Notes: generated by a model from the letters alone, not told the origin. A stretch of DNA of 64,000 nucleotides from an uncultured Pseudomonadales bacterium (GCA_964412775.1 CAYPPX010000001.1:226699-290698); one strand, 5' to 3'. Positions 1-10,814 are shown, counted from the first letter of the stretch. Made by a program: numbers and translations.

Positions 1-1
1 G

Positions 2-133
2 ATGATTCGTGGTGGTCGTGTCAAAGACTTGCCTGGTGTGAAGTATCACATTGTTCGTGGTAAGTTTGACTGTGCTGGTGTTGAAGGTCGTAAGACCAGT
101 CGCAGTAAATACGGCGTGAAAAGAGGAAAATAA
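2..133 (+). CDS. rpsL: 30S ribosomal protein S12, C-terminal fragment (gene starts upstream of window)
   Basis: Frame 2 reads ...[43 protein letters not shown] then TAA. This is the typical S12 C-terminus and sits directly upstream of rpsG, as in str operons. Confidence 0.8.
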   Translation: MIRGGRVKDLPGVKYHIVRGKFDCAGVEGRKTSRSKYGVKRGK

Positions 134-136
134 GAT

Positions 137-613
137 ATGAGAACAAAGAAAGCTAAACTCCGTGGAGTTTCTCCAGATGCTAAGTATGGTTCAGTCTTGG
201 TAACTAAACTAATTAATCGTTCCATGCTTGATGGTAAAAAAAGTGTCGCTCAAAAGCAAGTTTATGCTGCTTTAGAGTTGGCTGCTGCTAATACCAAAAA
301 GAAACCTGTTGAGGTTCTTGAAGCAGCAATTCAAAACATTACTCCTCAAATGGAAGTTCGTTCTAGAAGAGTTGGTGGTGCTTCTTACCAGGTGCCAATG
401 CCAGTTCAACCAAGAAGAGCTTCATCTTTGGCTGTTCGTTGGTTAGTTTTAGAATCCAACAAACGCTCAAGTAAAGAGTTTCATTCTTACGCAGAAAAAT
501 TAGCTGCTGAAATTCTTGATGCTATCGACAACACCGGTGGTGCTATTGAAAAGAAATTGGCTTCTCACAGAATGGCTGAAGCTAATAAAGCTTTCTCACA
601 CTTCCGTTGGTAG
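137..613 (+). CDS. rpsG: 30S ribosomal protein S7
   Basis: 158 aa, MRTKKAKLRGVSPDAKYGS...VRWLV; S7 family. Position is between rpsL and fusA. Confidence 0.93.
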   Translation: MRTKKAKLRGVSPDAKYGSVLVTKLINRSMLDGKKSVAQKQVYAALELAAANTKKKPVEVLEAAIQNITPQMEVRSRRVGGASYQVPMPVQPRRASSLAVRWLVLESNKRSSKEFHSYAEKLAAEILDAIDNTGGAIEKKLASHRMAEANKAFSHFRW

Positions 614-718
614 AAGAAATATCACACTTGAACGATTCCTGGCAGGGGAATTCTCTTTATTTTAAGGGCATGTGTGGCTTTGGTTATTGAAAAAAATAAT
701 AATTTAAAAGGTAAAAAT

Positions 719-2854
719 ATGTCAGACAAATCAGCAAATAAAAGAGTTCCTTTGGAAAGAGTTAGAAATATTGGTATTATTGCTCATATTGATGCCGGTA
801 AGACTACTACTACCGAGCGTATTCTTTTTTACACTGGAAGAAACTATAAAATTGGTGAAGTACATGAAGGTGCTGCTACCATGGACTGGATGGCTCAAGA
901 GCAAGAACGTGGTATTACCATCGTATCTGCTGCTACGACCGCTTTTTGGAAACCTTATTTTGAAAGTAATCTTCCAAACGAAGAATATCGTTTTAACATC
1001 ATTGATACACCAGGCCACGTTGACTTTACCGCTGAGGTAGAACGTTCATTACGTGTGCTTGATGGTGGTGTGACGGTTTTGGACGCTTCAGAGGGTGTGC
1101 AATCACAATCTGAGACTGTATGGCGTCAAGCTGATAAATATAACGTCCCTCGTGTTTGTTTTGTTAACAAAATGGATAAATTGGGTGCTGATTTTTTGGC
1201 TACTGTCCAAGATATCCGTGATAAATTTGGGGTGACTCCAGCAGTAATGGTGTTGCCAATGGGTTCTGAGAATGAATTTAAAGGTGTGATCCAACTTTTA
1301 GAACGCAAAGCTTTGTTTTGGAAAGATCATGCTGCTGCTACCGAACCAGAAATCATGGAAATCCCTGAAGAATATAAAGAGAAAACTGAAGAAATGAGAG
1401 CCAAATTAGTGGAAGCTATCGCTGAAACTGATGATGCTTTGATGGAAAAATTCTTTGCTGAAGAAGAAATCTCAGTTAATGAACTCAAAACAGCTTTACG
1501 TAAAGCTGTCATTGGTTACAAATTAGTCCCAGTTTTTGCTGGTTCTTCTTTGAAAAATACTGGTGTTCAAGTACTTTTGGATGCGGTGGTGGAATATTTG
1601 CCATCCCCAATGGACATTGATCACATTGAAGGTACCAGACCAAACTCAGAAGAAAAAGTTGTGCGTAAGTTAGTGCCAGAAGAGAAATTCTCTGGTTTAG
1701 CTTTCAAGATTCAAACCGATCCTCACGTTGGTAAGTTAACTTACTTCCGCGTTTACTCTGGTGTATTGAAAGCTGGTAGTTATGTTTACAACTCTTCCAA
1801 AGAAGAAAAAGAAAGAGTTGGTCGTTTATTGTTAATGCACGCTAACAAGCGTGAAGAAATCGATGAAGCCAGAGCTGGTGAAATTGTGGCTGTGGTTGGT
1901 TTGAAAGAGACCAAAACCGGTGACACCCTTTCTGACGAAAACGATCCAATTATCTTGGAAGGTATTACTTTTGCTGAACCAGTTATCTCTTTGGCGATTG
2001 AACCAAGAACAAAGTCTGACCAAGAGAAAATGGGCTTGGCTTTGAATAAACTTTCAGAAGAAGACCCAACTTTCTCGATTAAGGTCGATCATGAAACTGG
2101 TCAAACCATTATTGGTGGTATGGGTGAACTTCACTTGGAGATCTTGGTTGATCGTATGAAGAGAGAATTTAACGTGGATGCTGATGTGGGTGCTCCTCAA
2201 GTTGCTTACCGTGAAACTATCACTAAAGTTGCTCATGGTGAAGGTAAATACATCAAGCAAACTGGTGGCCGTGGTCAATATGGTCATGTTTTATTGAGAG
2301 TTGAACCAAGAGATCGTGGAACTGGTTATGAATTCTTGAATGAAATTACTGGTGGTGTGGTGCCTCGTGAATACATCGAGCCTACCAACAAAGGTATCAA
2401 AGAATCTTTGGAAAGAGGTTTTTTGGCTGGATATCCAATGACCGATATCAGCGTAGCTCTTTATGATGGTTCTTACCATGATGTTGACTCTAGTGAGTTG
2501 TCATTTAAGATGGCTGGTTCTTTGGGTATGAAGGAAGCCATGAAGACTGCAGGAATGGTTTTAATTGAACCAATCATGAAGTTAGAGGTGACCACTCCAG
2601 AAGAATTTATGGGTGATGTTATCGGTGATTTGGGTAGTAAAAGAGCTCAAATCCAAGGTACCACCAACAGAGGCAAGGCTGTGATTATTACGGCACTTGT
2701 TCCGTTGGCAGAGATGCAAGGCTATGTTACAATCTTGAGAAGTATGACTCAAGGTCGTGCTAGTAGTGTGTTGTTACCTTCTCACTATGAAGAGGTTCCA
2801 AAGAACATTACTGATAAAATTGTAGAAGAACGCAAAGGAGCACACGTTCGTTAG
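719..2854 (+). CDS. fusA: Elongation factor G
   Basis: G1 motif [27 protein letters not shown] and NKMDK motifs; ~710 aa. The track ORF starts at 674, but the conserved start MSDKSANKR is at 719. Confidence 0.93.
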   Translation: MSDKSANKRVPLERVRNIGIIAHIDAGKTTTTERILFYTGRNYKIGEVHEGAATMDWMAQEQERGITIVSAATTAFWKPYFESNLPNEEYRFNIIDTPGHVDFTAEVERSLRVLDGGVTVLDASEGVQSQSETVWRQADKYNVPRVCFVNKMDKLGADFLATVQDIRDKFGVTPAVMVLPMGSENEFKGVIQLLERKALFWKDHAAATEPEIMEIPEEYKEKTEEMRAKLVEAIAETDDALMEKFFAEEEISVNELKTALRKAVIGYKLVPVFAGSSLKNTGVQVLLDAVVEYLPSPMDIDHIEGTRPNSEEKVVRKLVPEEKFSGLAFKIQTDPHVGKLTYFRVYSGVLKAGSYVYNSSKEEKERVGRLLLMHANKREEIDEARAGEIVAVVGLKETKTGDTLSDENDPIILEGITFAEPVISLAIEPRTKSDQEKMGLALNKLSEEDPTFSIKVDHETGQTIIGGMGELHLEILVDRMKREFNVDADVGAPQVAYRETITKVAHGEGKYIKQTGGRGQYGHVLLRVEPRDRGTGYEFLNEITGGVVPREYIEPTNKGIKESLERGFLAGYPMTDISVALYDGSYHDVDSSELSFKMAGSLGMKEAMKTAGMVLIEPIMKLEVTTPEEFMGDVIGDLGSKRAQIQGTTNRGKAVIITALVPLAEMQGYVTILRSMTQGRASSVLLPSHYEEVPKNITDKIVEERKGAHVR

Positions 2855-2896
2855 TGCTTTTTTGTTCGTATAAGTAATATTTATGGGAATAAAACT

Positions 2897-3049
2897 ATGA
2901 CAGGTGAAAGAGATGAAAGAGCAAAAGATACAGCTGCACTCGAGCGAGTTTTAAGAGCTGCCGAATTAGAGTCAGAAAAAGAAGGAAACCCTTCTGCAGT
3001 TGAAATTGCAAATCCACCAGCTTCTAAAGCTGTTGATATAGAGGATTAA
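2897..3049 (+). CDS. Small acidic hypothetical protein (50 aa) in the fusA-tuf spacer
   Basis: Open frame ATG...TAA reads MTGERDERAKDTAALERVLRAAELESEKEGNPSAVEIANPPASKAVDIED. It is below the 60-aa cutoff of the ORF track. No recognisable domain. Confidence 0.25.
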   Translation: MTGERDERAKDTAALERVLRAAELESEKEGNPSAVEIANPPASKAVDIED

Positions 3050-3092
3050 TTTAAAAAGTAGTAAAAAAAAGTAATAAATAAAAGGAGAAAAT

Positions 3093-4289
3093 ATGTCTGA
3101 CGGTTCAAAATTTGTCCGTAACAAACCTCACGTCAATATTGGAACCATTGGTCACGTTGACCACGGTAAAACCACTTTGACTGCTGCTATTACCACCACT
3201 TTAGCAGCCAAAATCCCAAGTGCCACCAACAAGGCTATGGGTTATTTAGATATTGATAACGCCCCAGAAGAAGCTGCTCGTGGTGTTACCATCAATATCT
3301 CACATCTTGAATATGAAACTGAGAAGAGACACTATGCTCATATTGATGCTCCAGGTCACGCTGACTACATCAAAAACATGATCACTGGTGCTGCTCAAAT
3401 GGATGGTGCTATCTTGGTAGTCGCTGCTACTGATGGTCCAATGCCACAAACTCGTGAGCACATTCTTTTGGCTAACCAAGTTAACGTGCCAAAATTGATC
3501 GTCGCTTTGAACAAATGCGATATGGTCGATGATGCCGAACTTCTTGACTTAGTTGAAATGGAAGTTCGTGAACTTTTGAGTAAATATGGTTTTGATGGTG
3601 ACAACACTCCAGTTGTTCGCGTCTCTGCTCTTAAAGCTTTGGAAGGTGATTCCGCAGCTCAAGATCAAATCATGGAACTCATGAAGCAAGTTGACGAATA
3701 CATTCCAGATCCAGTTCGTGATCTCGATAAGCCATTCTTGATGCCAGTTGAGGACGTTTTCTCAATTAAGGGTCGTGGAACTGTGGCTACCGGTAGAATT
3801 GAAGCTGGTAAAGTTAAAGTTGGTGAAGAAATCGAGTTAGTCGGTTTCACCGCTACTTCAAAGAGTGTGGTTACTGGAGTTGAAATGTTCCGTAAATTAC
3901 TCGATGAAGGTCAAGCTGGTGATAACGTCGGTATCTTGTTAAGAGGTGTCGATAAAGATGATATTCAACGTGGTCAAGTTTTGGCCAAGCCAGGTAGTAT
4001 GACTCCTCATGTTGAGTTTGAAGCTGAAGTTTATATCTTGAAGAAGGAAGAAGGTGGTCGCCACAAACCATTCTTCAGTGGTTATAAACCTCAATTCTAC
4101 ATCAGAACCACTGACGTCACTGGTGAGATCACTCTTCCAGATGGTGTTGAGATGGTTATGCCAGGTGATAATGCCAAGATGCATGTCAAACTTATCGCTC
4201 CAGTTGCTGTGAACGAAGGTTTGAGATTTGCTATCCGTGAAGGTGGTATCACTGTTGGTGCTGGTGCTATTACTAAAATTACTAAATAA
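3093..4289 (+). CDS. tuf: Elongation factor Tu
   Basis: [18 protein letters not shown] and NKCD motifs; 398 aa; AAGGAG RBS 8 nt upstream. Confidence 0.96.
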   Translation: MSDGSKFVRNKPHVNIGTIGHVDHGKTTLTAAITTTLAAKIPSATNKAMGYLDIDNAPEEAARGVTINISHLEYETEKRHYAHIDAPGHADYIKNMITGAAQMDGAILVVAATDGPMPQTREHILLANQVNVPKLIVALNKCDMVDDAELLDLVEMEVRELLSKYGFDGDNTPVVRVSALKALEGDSAAQDQIMELMKQVDEYIPDPVRDLDKPFLMPVEDVFSIKGRGTVATGRIEAGKVKVGEEIELVGFTATSKSVVTGVEMFRKLLDEGQAGDNVGILLRGVDKDDIQRGQVLAKPGSMTPHVEFEAEVYILKKEEGGRHKPFFSGYKPQFYIRTTDVTGEITLPDGVEMVMPGDNAKMHVKLIAPVAVNEGLRFAIREGGITVGAGAITKITK

Positions 4290-4312
4290 TTTTAGCTAAC
4301 ACAGAAACTAGA

Positions 4313-4339
4313 AAACCCCGCTGTAAGGCGGGGTTTTTG
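4313..4339 (+). terminator. Rho-independent terminator after tuf
   Basis: CCCCGC-TGTAAG-GCGGGG stem-loop followed by TTTTT. Confidence 0.8.
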
Positions 4340-4361
4340 GTGCTAATTAAGTTGTTAACAG

Positions 4362-5195
4362 TTATTGAGTAGTTTTTTTATTGTTTATTAAATAATCAAA
4401 AGTTCCTTCAGTATATTTCTTTTGGGTTATAACAATGGGATAAAGTCTTTTGATTCTTTTATTTTCGCCTACATATACAAATAATGTTTGAAAATTTTTA
4501 TGATAAAAAAAATCAGACATATCCAAATCAGAAAGACTATCTCCAAAACAGATGAAGTTAAAGTTTTTTAAATTTTCACCTTGATCTGATAACCAATCAA
4601 GAATTTTTTTTGCTCCCAGGTTTTTACCAGATTCAATTGGTTTTATATCAATAGCAATAGTAGTAGATGATGGTTTAACGTGTAAGTGAGAATGGTAGTT
4701 TTCCATTATAATGCTGATTTCTTTTTGAAACTTTTCTTGTTCTTTCTTATATTTTTCATATGAATAACTATCATTCATCTCAATAGTTAAAATGACTTCT
4801 TTTGTTTCATCAACAAACATTGATTCACTATATAGCTTAGAAACAATATCTCTAACGGTTTGTTTTAAAGTTTTTGGAATGGTATTTTTATTTAGGATTT
4901 TTTTTATTGGTTTTCCGTTAGAATTGTATGTAACTACTACATTTCCCATTTCACAGATACTGAGTAAGTTTTTTAAAGAAGAATAATTTTTTTCTTTTTG
5001 GAAAATTATTTTTTTTATTGGTTTAATTACTTTTTTTTCTAACCATACAGCTGATCTACCTGTGTTAAAGGCAATTTTATGATTGGTTCTAAGGCTATTT
5101 TCTATGTATTCAAGAATTTTGGGTTGGTTAACTTCTTTAGATTGCGGATCTGTCAGAACGCCATCAATATCAAAAACTAAAATAGTTTTTTGCAT
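4362..5195 (-). CDS. HAD-superfamily hydrolase
   Basis: N-terminal FDIDGVLTD (DxDG motif I); 277 aa. Convergent with tuf. Confidence 0.6.
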   Translation of the reverse strand: MQKTILVFDIDGVLTDPQSKEVNQPKILEYIENSLRTNHKIAFNTGRSAVWLEKKVIKPIKKIIFQKEKNYSSLKNLLSICEMGNVVVTYNSNGKPIKKILNKNTIPKTLKQTVRDIVSKLYSESMFVDETKEVILTIEMNDSYSYEKYKKEQEKFQKEISIIMENYHSHLHVKPSSTTIAIDIKPIESGKNLGAKKILDWLSDQGENLKNFNFICFGDSLSDLDMSDFFYHKNFQTLFVYVGENKRIKRLYPIVITQKKYTEGTFDYLINNKKTTQ

Positions 5196-5295
5196 AGATA
5201 AACAAATTATACATTAGTTGGTCATTTGCTTTTTTTATTAAATGCTTGAATCAATAATTATAAATTGTTATTTTTTTGATATACTTTGACTACTT

Positions 5296-5733
5296 ATGCA
5301 AAACTTTGAAAATAAAGTTGCCAGAGTAGTTGTTGTTAACCCGGATCGATCTATCTTACTCAATCGCCGACCCAGTTGGAGTAAACAAGCTCCAGATAAA
5401 TTACAAATTTTAGGTGGAAAATTTGAAGAAAAAGATCAGACCAGAAAACATGCTGCTCAGAGAGAAGTCATTGAAGAATTGGGTTTGTTAAAAAATATAG
5501 GTGATTTTTTATTTGTAAGTACGAGTGAAAATAATGGTTGGTTAACTTTTGCCTTTTTATTACTACTTGATGAAGAATATGATTCAGATTCAATGCCGGA
5601 TCACCAAGAATTTGATACTTTAGTAAAAGTTCCTCTAGCTGATCTAGAAAAAGTAATTGAAGCTGGTGAGATTGCTTTTGATCATCCTCAGATTTTGAGA
5701 ACTGTTTTACAGGTTTTAGCTACTAATTTATAG
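5296..5733 (+). CDS. NUDIX hydrolase
   Basis: Nudix box GGKFEEKDQTRKHAAQREVIEELGL (G-x5-E-x7-REV-x-EE-x-GL). Confidence 0.75.
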   Translation: MQNFENKVARVVVVNPDRSILLNRRPSWSKQAPDKLQILGGKFEEKDQTRKHAAQREVIEELGLLKNIGDFLFVSTSENNGWLTFAFLLLLDEEYDSDSMPDHQEFDTLVKVPLADLEKVIEAGEIAFDHPQILRTVLQVLATNL

Positions 5734-5894
5734 TCTCTTGCTCATTTTTTTAGTTTTTGCTATAATTACTACCCTCGGTATATCCTCGAGTATTTGTAAT
5801 TTTTTGTACAAAACCTCACATCTGGTCACCAGATAAATTGGCCCTGTACAGATTATTGATTTTTAGTTATAATCACGCCCTGTGATTTTAAATA

Positions 5895-5939
5895 CTCTGG
5901 ATAACCAGAGAAAAAGTGTTGGGTTCAAAACTTTGAACC
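5895..5939 (+). promoter_or_regulatory. S10-operon leader containing two short perfect hairpins
   Basis: Hairpins CTCTGG-ATAA-CCAGAG at 5895-5910 and GGTTCAAA-AC-TTTGAACC at 5922-5939 lie in the 230-nt untranslated region upstream of rpsJ. TATAAT-like hexamers are present at ~5761 and ~5868. Confidence 0.3.
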
Positions 5940-5963
5940 GAATATATAAAAAGTAAAAAAAAT

Positions 5964-6293
5964 ATGGCAAAAAGTACTGGCACACAAACCGTTTATAAAA
6001 TTAGAGTTAGATTGAAATCTTACGACCATCGTGTCGCAGATGAAGCTAGTCGCAAAATTTTACAAACTGCTTTGTCTACTGGTGCTAAAGTCGTGGGTCC
6101 TGTCCCATTGCCAACTCACAAAAAATCTTTTACGGTTTTGATTTCACCTCATACCGATAAAAATGCTCAAGAGCATTACGAAATCAGAACTCATAAGAGA
6201 TTAATCGAAATAGTCAATCCAACTAATAAGACGATTGACTCTTTAATGCATTTGGAATTGCCTGCTGGTGTAGACATCCAAATCAAAATGTAA
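5964..6293 (+). CDS. rpsJ: 30S ribosomal protein S10
   Basis: 109 aa; [19 protein letters not shown]...[17 protein letters not shown], typical of S10. Confidence 0.93.
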   Translation: MAKSTGTQTVYKIRVRLKSYDHRVADEASRKILQTALSTGAKVVGPVPLPTHKKSFTVLISPHTDKNAQEHYEIRTHKRLIEIVNPTNKTIDSLMHLELPAGVDIQIKM

Positions 6294-6388
6294 CAAAGTA
6301 TTAAAGAAAGAGATATGTGAGGGCAAAAATAGGCCCTCGCTTCTTTTGAAAAGCAATTTTCAAAAGAGATAAAGAAATTGGAACACGT

Positions 6389-7165
6389 ATGTTAGACGCA
6401 ATCTTTGCAACCAAATTGGGTATGACTCAAGCTTGGTCAAAAACTGGAAAGAGATTGGCTGTAACCAAGTGTAAGGTTCAACCTAACGCTGTGGTTGGTA
6501 TTACCGAAACTTCCGTTACAGACAAATCTACCCGTACTTGGAATAAAAAACCTCAAACTATTGTTGAGGTTGGTTATGGTGCAAAGAAACTAAAAAACAT
6601 GGATAAGCCACTTCGTACCCGTTTGGAAAAAAGTGGTTTTTCTTTTGGTGTTAGTCAAATTAAGGGTCTAAAACAAAGTAGTGAAACTGAGTCTCCATTA
6701 AAAATTGGGGACTCTATCGTTTTAGAGCAAGTTTTGGAAGTTGGCGATTTAGTTAAAGTTCAAGGGGTTACCAAAGGTCGTGGTTTTGCTGGTGCAATGA
6801 AGCGTTATGGTTTTCATGGTGGCCCAAAAACTCACGGTCAATCAGATAGATCTAGAGCAGTTGGTTCAATTGGCCCTGGTACTACTCCAGGTCGTGTTTG
6901 GAAAGGCAAAAGAATGCCTGGACACTACGGAGTTGATACCAAGACTGTTTATGGTTTGACTGTTTTACACATTGATTTAGCTAACCAAGAAATTTGGTTA
7001 TCTGGTCCAGTCCCTGGTTTTAATTCTAGTTATCTTAAAATCGAGAAAACTGGTAAAAAGAAACCAATTGAACTAGATTTATCATTAATGGGTGTGAAAG
7101 AAGAGGCTCCTGTAGTAGAGACTGCTGAAACTGAAACCGTTACAGCTCAAGAGGAGCAAAACTAA
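6389..7165 (+). CDS. rplC: 50S ribosomal protein L3 (acidic C-terminal tail)
   Basis: GVTKGRGFAGAMKRYGFHGGPKTHGQSDRSRAVGSIGPGTTPGRVWKGKRMPGHYG. Confidence 0.93.
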   Translation: MLDAIFATKLGMTQAWSKTGKRLAVTKCKVQPNAVVGITETSVTDKSTRTWNKKPQTIVEVGYGAKKLKNMDKPLRTRLEKSGFSFGVSQIKGLKQSSETESPLKIGDSIVLEQVLEVGDLVKVQGVTKGRGFAGAMKRYGFHGGPKTHGQSDRSRAVGSIGPGTTPGRVWKGKRMPGHYGVDTKTVYGLTVLHIDLANQEIWLSGPVPGFNSSYLKIEKTGKKKPIELDLSLMGVKEEAPVVETAETETVTAQEEQN

Positions 7166-7166
7166 T

Positions 7167-7847
7167 ATGAAATTGAAAGTAATTACCGCTACTAGCAAAA
7201 GTAGTACTATCGAAGTTAGTGACAGTATTTTTGCTCAAAAGAGCAATTCAGTTTTGTTAGCTCAAGCTATTAGAGTTTACTTATCTAACCTTAGACAAGG
7301 TTCTAGTAAAGTTAAAACCAGATCTGAAGTTAGTCGAACTAAAGCTAAATGGTACAAACAAAAAGGTACTGGTAATGCTCGTCACGGTTCCAAGAATGCT
7401 CCTATCTTTGTTGGTGGTGGTGTTGCTCATGGTCCAACTGGTAATGAGAACTGGACCAAAGCTTTATCTAGAAAAATGAAGGCTCAAGCTCTTCGAGTTG
7501 CTTTGAGTGTTCAAGCTGACAAAGTGGTTGTGACTGATAACTTAAATAGTTTGGGTGGTAAAACTGCTGAAGCTGCTAAGTTGTTAACCAAGATGATTGA
7601 TAATCCAGGCAAAGTTTTAGTTGTTTTGACTGAAGGTAGTGAGTTAATCAGAAGAAGTTTGAGAAATATGGATTTTGTTTTAACTGTTCCAGCTTTGGAA
7701 TTAAATGCTTTGCAAGTAGCCAATGCTGATACTGTCATCTTTACCAAAGAGTCTCTCAAGGTTTTGGAAACTCGTTTAGCTAAAGACAAATCAGAAGAAG
7801 TTCCTGCTAAAAAAACAGCTAAAGCTGTTAAAAAGGAGGAGAAATAA
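7167..7847 (+). CDS. rplD: 50S ribosomal protein L4
   Basis: Position after rplC; KQKGTGNARHGS and GGGVAHGP motifs. Confidence 0.9.
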   Translation: MKLKVITATSKSSTIEVSDSIFAQKSNSVLLAQAIRVYLSNLRQGSSKVKTRSEVSRTKAKWYKQKGTGNARHGSKNAPIFVGGGVAHGPTGNENWTKALSRKMKAQALRVALSVQADKVVVTDNLNSLGGKTAEAAKLLTKMIDNPGKVLVVLTEGSELIRRSLRNMDFVLTVPALELNALQVANADTVIFTKESLKVLETRLAKDKSEEVPAKKTAKAVKKEEK

Positions 7848-7849
7848 TC

Positions 7850-8149
7850 ATGAATCCTTACGTTATTTGTACCCCAGTTATCACTGAAAAAACTCTCCAA
7901 AGAGCTAATTTGGAGAACATCTATACTTTTGAGGTTGAGCGAGTTGCTGATAAAAACAAGATTAAGGCTGCTATTGAAGAGATGTACCAAGTTAAAGTTG
8001 AAGATATCAATACAGTAATGAGACCAAAAAAAGCCAAGAGAACTGGTCAAAAAAGATTAAAAACTTTTGCAGCAAAAACCAAGAAAGCCTTAGTCAAACT
8101 TAAAAAAGGTGATTCTATTAGTGTTTTTGATATTGGAGGAGATAAATAA
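7850..8149 (+). CDS. rplW: 50S ribosomal protein L23
   Basis: 99 aa; PVITEKTLQRANLENIYTFEV. Confidence 0.88.
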   Translation: MNPYVICTPVITEKTLQRANLENIYTFEVERVADKNKIKAAIEEMYQVKVEDINTVMRPKKAKRTGQKRLKTFAAKTKKALVKLKKGDSISVFDIGGDK

Positions 8150-8982
8150 TGTTAGTCAAAGTTAAACCAACTTCTCCTGGTAAACGACACCGAGTTGTCG
8201 TTGACAGATCAGAGTTGCACAAAGGTCAACCAGAAAAGTCTTTATTGGCTTCAGGCCATAAGAAAAGACAAGGTCGTGGTTACAAAGGTAGAGTCACGAT
8301 GCGTCACCGTGGTGGTGGTGTCAAGAAAAGACTTAGAGTAATTGACTGGAAAAGAGACAAAAAAGATATTGTTGGTGTAGTGAAAACTATTGAATACGAT
8401 CCAATGCGTAGTGCCAACATTGCTTTAATTTATTATGTAGATGGTGATAAGAGATATATTTTGGCTCCAATGAACCTTAAAGTTGGTGACAAAATTATTG
8501 CTGGTGAAAAGGTCGATCCAAGACCAGGAAATGCTTTAGCTTTAAAGAATATTCCGGTTGGTATGCCTATTCACAACATTGAATTGAGACCAGGAAAAGG
8601 TGCTCAATTAGTCAAAGGAGCTGGTGTTCATGCTTTAATTCAAGCCAAAGAAGGCAAGTACATTACTGTGCAACTACCTTCACGCGAGCAAAGATTAATT
8701 CATGAAGATTGTTTGGCTACCGTGGGTCAAGTCGGTAATACCGATTGGAAAAACAGAAAGATTGGTAAAGCTGGTTTGAAGAGATTGATGGGTATTAGAC
8801 CATCAGTTAGAGGTACAGCTCAACATCCAGGTTCTCATCCACATGGTGGTGGTGAGGGTCGCAGTGGGGTTGGTTTGAAACATTCTAAGACTCCATGGGG
8901 TAAGAATGCTGCTCCAGGTAAGAAAACTAGAAGTATTAGAAAAAGTAACAAGTGGATTGTTCGTGACAGAAGAACAAAGTAA
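8149..8982 (+). CDS. rplB: 50S ribosomal protein L2
   Basis: HRGGGVKKRLRVIDWKRDK and GSHPHGGGEGRSGVG motifs. Start overlaps the rplW stop (ATAATG). Confidence 0.95.
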   Translation: MLVKVKPTSPGKRHRVVVDRSELHKGQPEKSLLASGHKKRQGRGYKGRVTMRHRGGGVKKRLRVIDWKRDKKDIVGVVKTIEYDPMRSANIALIYYVDGDKRYILAPMNLKVGDKIIAGEKVDPRPGNALALKNIPVGMPIHNIELRPGKGAQLVKGAGVHALIQAKEGKYITVQLPSREQRLIHEDCLATVGQVGNTDWKNRKIGKAGLKRLMGIRPSVRGTAQHPGSHPHGGGEGRSGVGLKHSKTPWGKNAAPGKKTRSIRKSNKWIVRDRRTK

Positions 8983-8992
8983 ATAAAAGCTT

Positions 8993-9277
8993 ATGAGTAG
9001 ATCAACAAAAAAAGGACCATATATTGACCCAAAGCTCATGAAAAAAATCATGAAGCAAAAGGATTCTGGGGATAAAACCCCAATTAAGACTTGGGCTAGA
9101 GAAAGTGTCGTCGCTCCAGATTTCGTCGGTCATACTTTCTTGATTCATCAGGGTAAAAACTTTGTTGAGGTCTTTATTTCAGAGGGTATGGTCGGTCACA
9201 AACTCGGAGAGTTTGCTCCAACTAGAACCTTCAGAGGTCATGGCCGTATCGTCAAGAGAGTCCTTACTAAGACATAA
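8993..9277 (+). CDS. rpsS: 30S ribosomal protein S19
   Basis: [39 protein letters not shown]. Confidence 0.95.
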   Translation: MSRSTKKGPYIDPKLMKKIMKQKDSGDKTPIKTWARESVVAPDFVGHTFLIHQGKNFVEVFISEGMVGHKLGEFAPTRTFRGHGRIVKRVLTKT

Positions 9278-9292
9278 AGGTAAATAAGAGTA

Positions 9293-9739
9293 ATGCAAAT
9301 CATAGCTGAACAAAAAAACACTAGACAATCATCAAGAAAAGTTAGACTCGTGGCTAATGCTGTGCGTAAACTTTCAGTTAAAGCTGCTTTTGAGCAATTA
9401 GCTGTGATGGAGAGAAAAGCTAGTATTGTTGTTGCCAAAGTTTTAAGACAAGCTGTCGCTAATGCTTTGCACAATCATCGTTTGACAGCTGACCAAATCG
9501 AGATTGAAAACATCTTGGTTAATGAAGGTCCAACCTACAAGAGGTTTAGAGCTGTTAGTCGTGGTCGAGCTCACACCATTTTTAAGAGAACTTCTCATGT
9601 GAAAGTTGTCTTAAAAACCAAGGAAGCTAAAAAAGCAGACAAAGCTCCAGTTGTTGCTGAAAAAGCAGCTGTCAAAACTGAAGTTACAGCCGAACCAAAG
9701 AAAACAACTAAAAAAGTAGTTAAGAAAGCAAAGAAATAA
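9293..9739 (+). CDS. rplV: 50S ribosomal protein L22 with K/A-rich C-terminal extension
   Basis: L22 core (RKVRLVANAVRKLSV...FKRFRAVSRGRAHTIFKRTSHVKVVL) plus a ~40-aa lysine/alanine tail. Confidence 0.9.
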   Translation: MQIIAEQKNTRQSSRKVRLVANAVRKLSVKAAFEQLAVMERKASIVVAKVLRQAVANALHNHRLTADQIEIENILVNEGPTYKRFRAVSRGRAHTIFKRTSHVKVVLKTKEAKKADKAPVVAEKAAVKTEVTAEPKKTTKKVVKKAKK

Positions 9740-9742
9740 GAT

Positions 9743-10393
9743 ATGGGACAAAAAGTAAATCCAACTGGTTTCCGCTTGGGCAAGATTTTCTCTTGGAAGT
9801 CTCGTTGGTTTGCCAAACCAGAACAATACTCAGACAAAGTATTAGAAGATCACAAACTCAGAAAATACTTTAGTGACAAACTGGCTAGTGCCGGTTTGGT
9901 CCAAGTCGATATCGAGAGATATATCAGTAAGATGCGTATCGTCTTACAAGTCTCTAGACCAGGTGTAGTTATTGGTAAAGGTGGTTCCAACTTGGAAGAG
10001 ATCAAAAAAGAAGTTGAAAAAGTTATTAATGTTAACAAGGACAAAAAAGAACAAGTCAAAGTTGATTTGAAAGTTGAAGAAGTCAAATCACCAGACCTTA
10101 GTGCTAGATTAGTCGCCGAGCGAATCGTTAACCAGTTGGTTAATCGTTTTCCTCACCGTCGAGCCGTCTTACAAGCTTTGGAAAAAGTGATGGCAGCTGG
10201 TGCAAAAGGGGTGAAAGTTCAACTTTCAGGTAGAGTTGGTGGTGCTGAAATTGGTCGTACTGAAAAATACTTCCAAGGTAGTGTGCCAACCCAAACTTTA
10301 CGTGCCAACATTGATTACTTTGAAGTTCCAGCCAAAACCAGATCAGGTTATGTCGGAATCAAAGTGTGGATTTATAAAGGAGAGATTGTTTAA
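9743..10393 (+). CDS. rpsC: 30S ribosomal protein S3
   Basis: MGQKVNPTGFRLG N-terminus; KH domain. Confidence 0.95.
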   Translation: MGQKVNPTGFRLGKIFSWKSRWFAKPEQYSDKVLEDHKLRKYFSDKLASAGLVQVDIERYISKMRIVLQVSRPGVVIGKGGSNLEEIKKEVEKVINVNKDKKEQVKVDLKVEEVKSPDLSARLVAERIVNQLVNRFPHRRAVLQALEKVMAAGAKGVKVQLSGRVGGAEIGRTEKYFQGSVPTQTLRANIDYFEVPAKTRSGYVGIKVWIYKGEIV

Positions 10394-10401
10394 AAGGTAA
10401 T

Positions 10402-10809
10402 ATGTTACAGCCAAAAAAATCAAAGTACCGCAAACAATTTAGAGGTAAAAACAAAGGTTTAGCCTTACGTGGTAACACCCTCGCTTTCGGAGAATATGGT
10501 CTAAAAGCTGTAACTGGAGGTTGGGTTAGTGCCAAGGAATTAGAAGCCGCTCGTAAGAAAATTACCTATGCCACTAAAAGATTGGGCAAGTATTGGATTA
10601 AAGTGTTTCCACACAAACCAATTACCAAAAAACCAGTCGGTGTCAAAATGGGTTCTGGTAAAGGTGCAATCGATACTTATGTTGCAGTCATCAGACCAGG
10701 TACTATTCTTTTTGAGATCGGTGGCGTAACCGAAGAGATGGCTAATGAGGCTTTTTCTAAAGCTGGTCATAAGATCTCTCTTAAAACAACAGTAGTCAAG
10801 AAATCATAA
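10402..10809 (+). CDS. rplP: 50S ribosomal protein L16
   Basis: MLQPKKSKYRKQFRGKNKG. Confidence 0.95.
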   Translation: MLQPKKSKYRKQFRGKNKGLALRGNTLAFGEYGLKAVTGGWVSAKELEAARKKITYATKRLGKYWIKVFPHKPITKKPVGVKMGSGKGAIDTYVAVIRPGTILFEIGGVTEEMANEAFSKAGHKISLKTTVVKKS

Positions 10810-10814
10810 CTAAC

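Noticed and set aside
731-4184. Numerous 60-110-aa ORFs antisense or out of frame within fusA and tuf (e.g. 731-1018, 1103-1294, 2054-2287, 3395-3607, 3939-4184)
   Set aside because: Each lies entirely inside a strongly supported, highly conserved gene. They are low-complexity or serine-rich frame shadows typical of AT-rich DNA.
7511-8050. 179-aa minus-strand ORF overlapping rplD and rplW
   Set aside because: Antisense to two conserved ribosomal protein genes. No motif. Leucine/serine-rich shadow frame.
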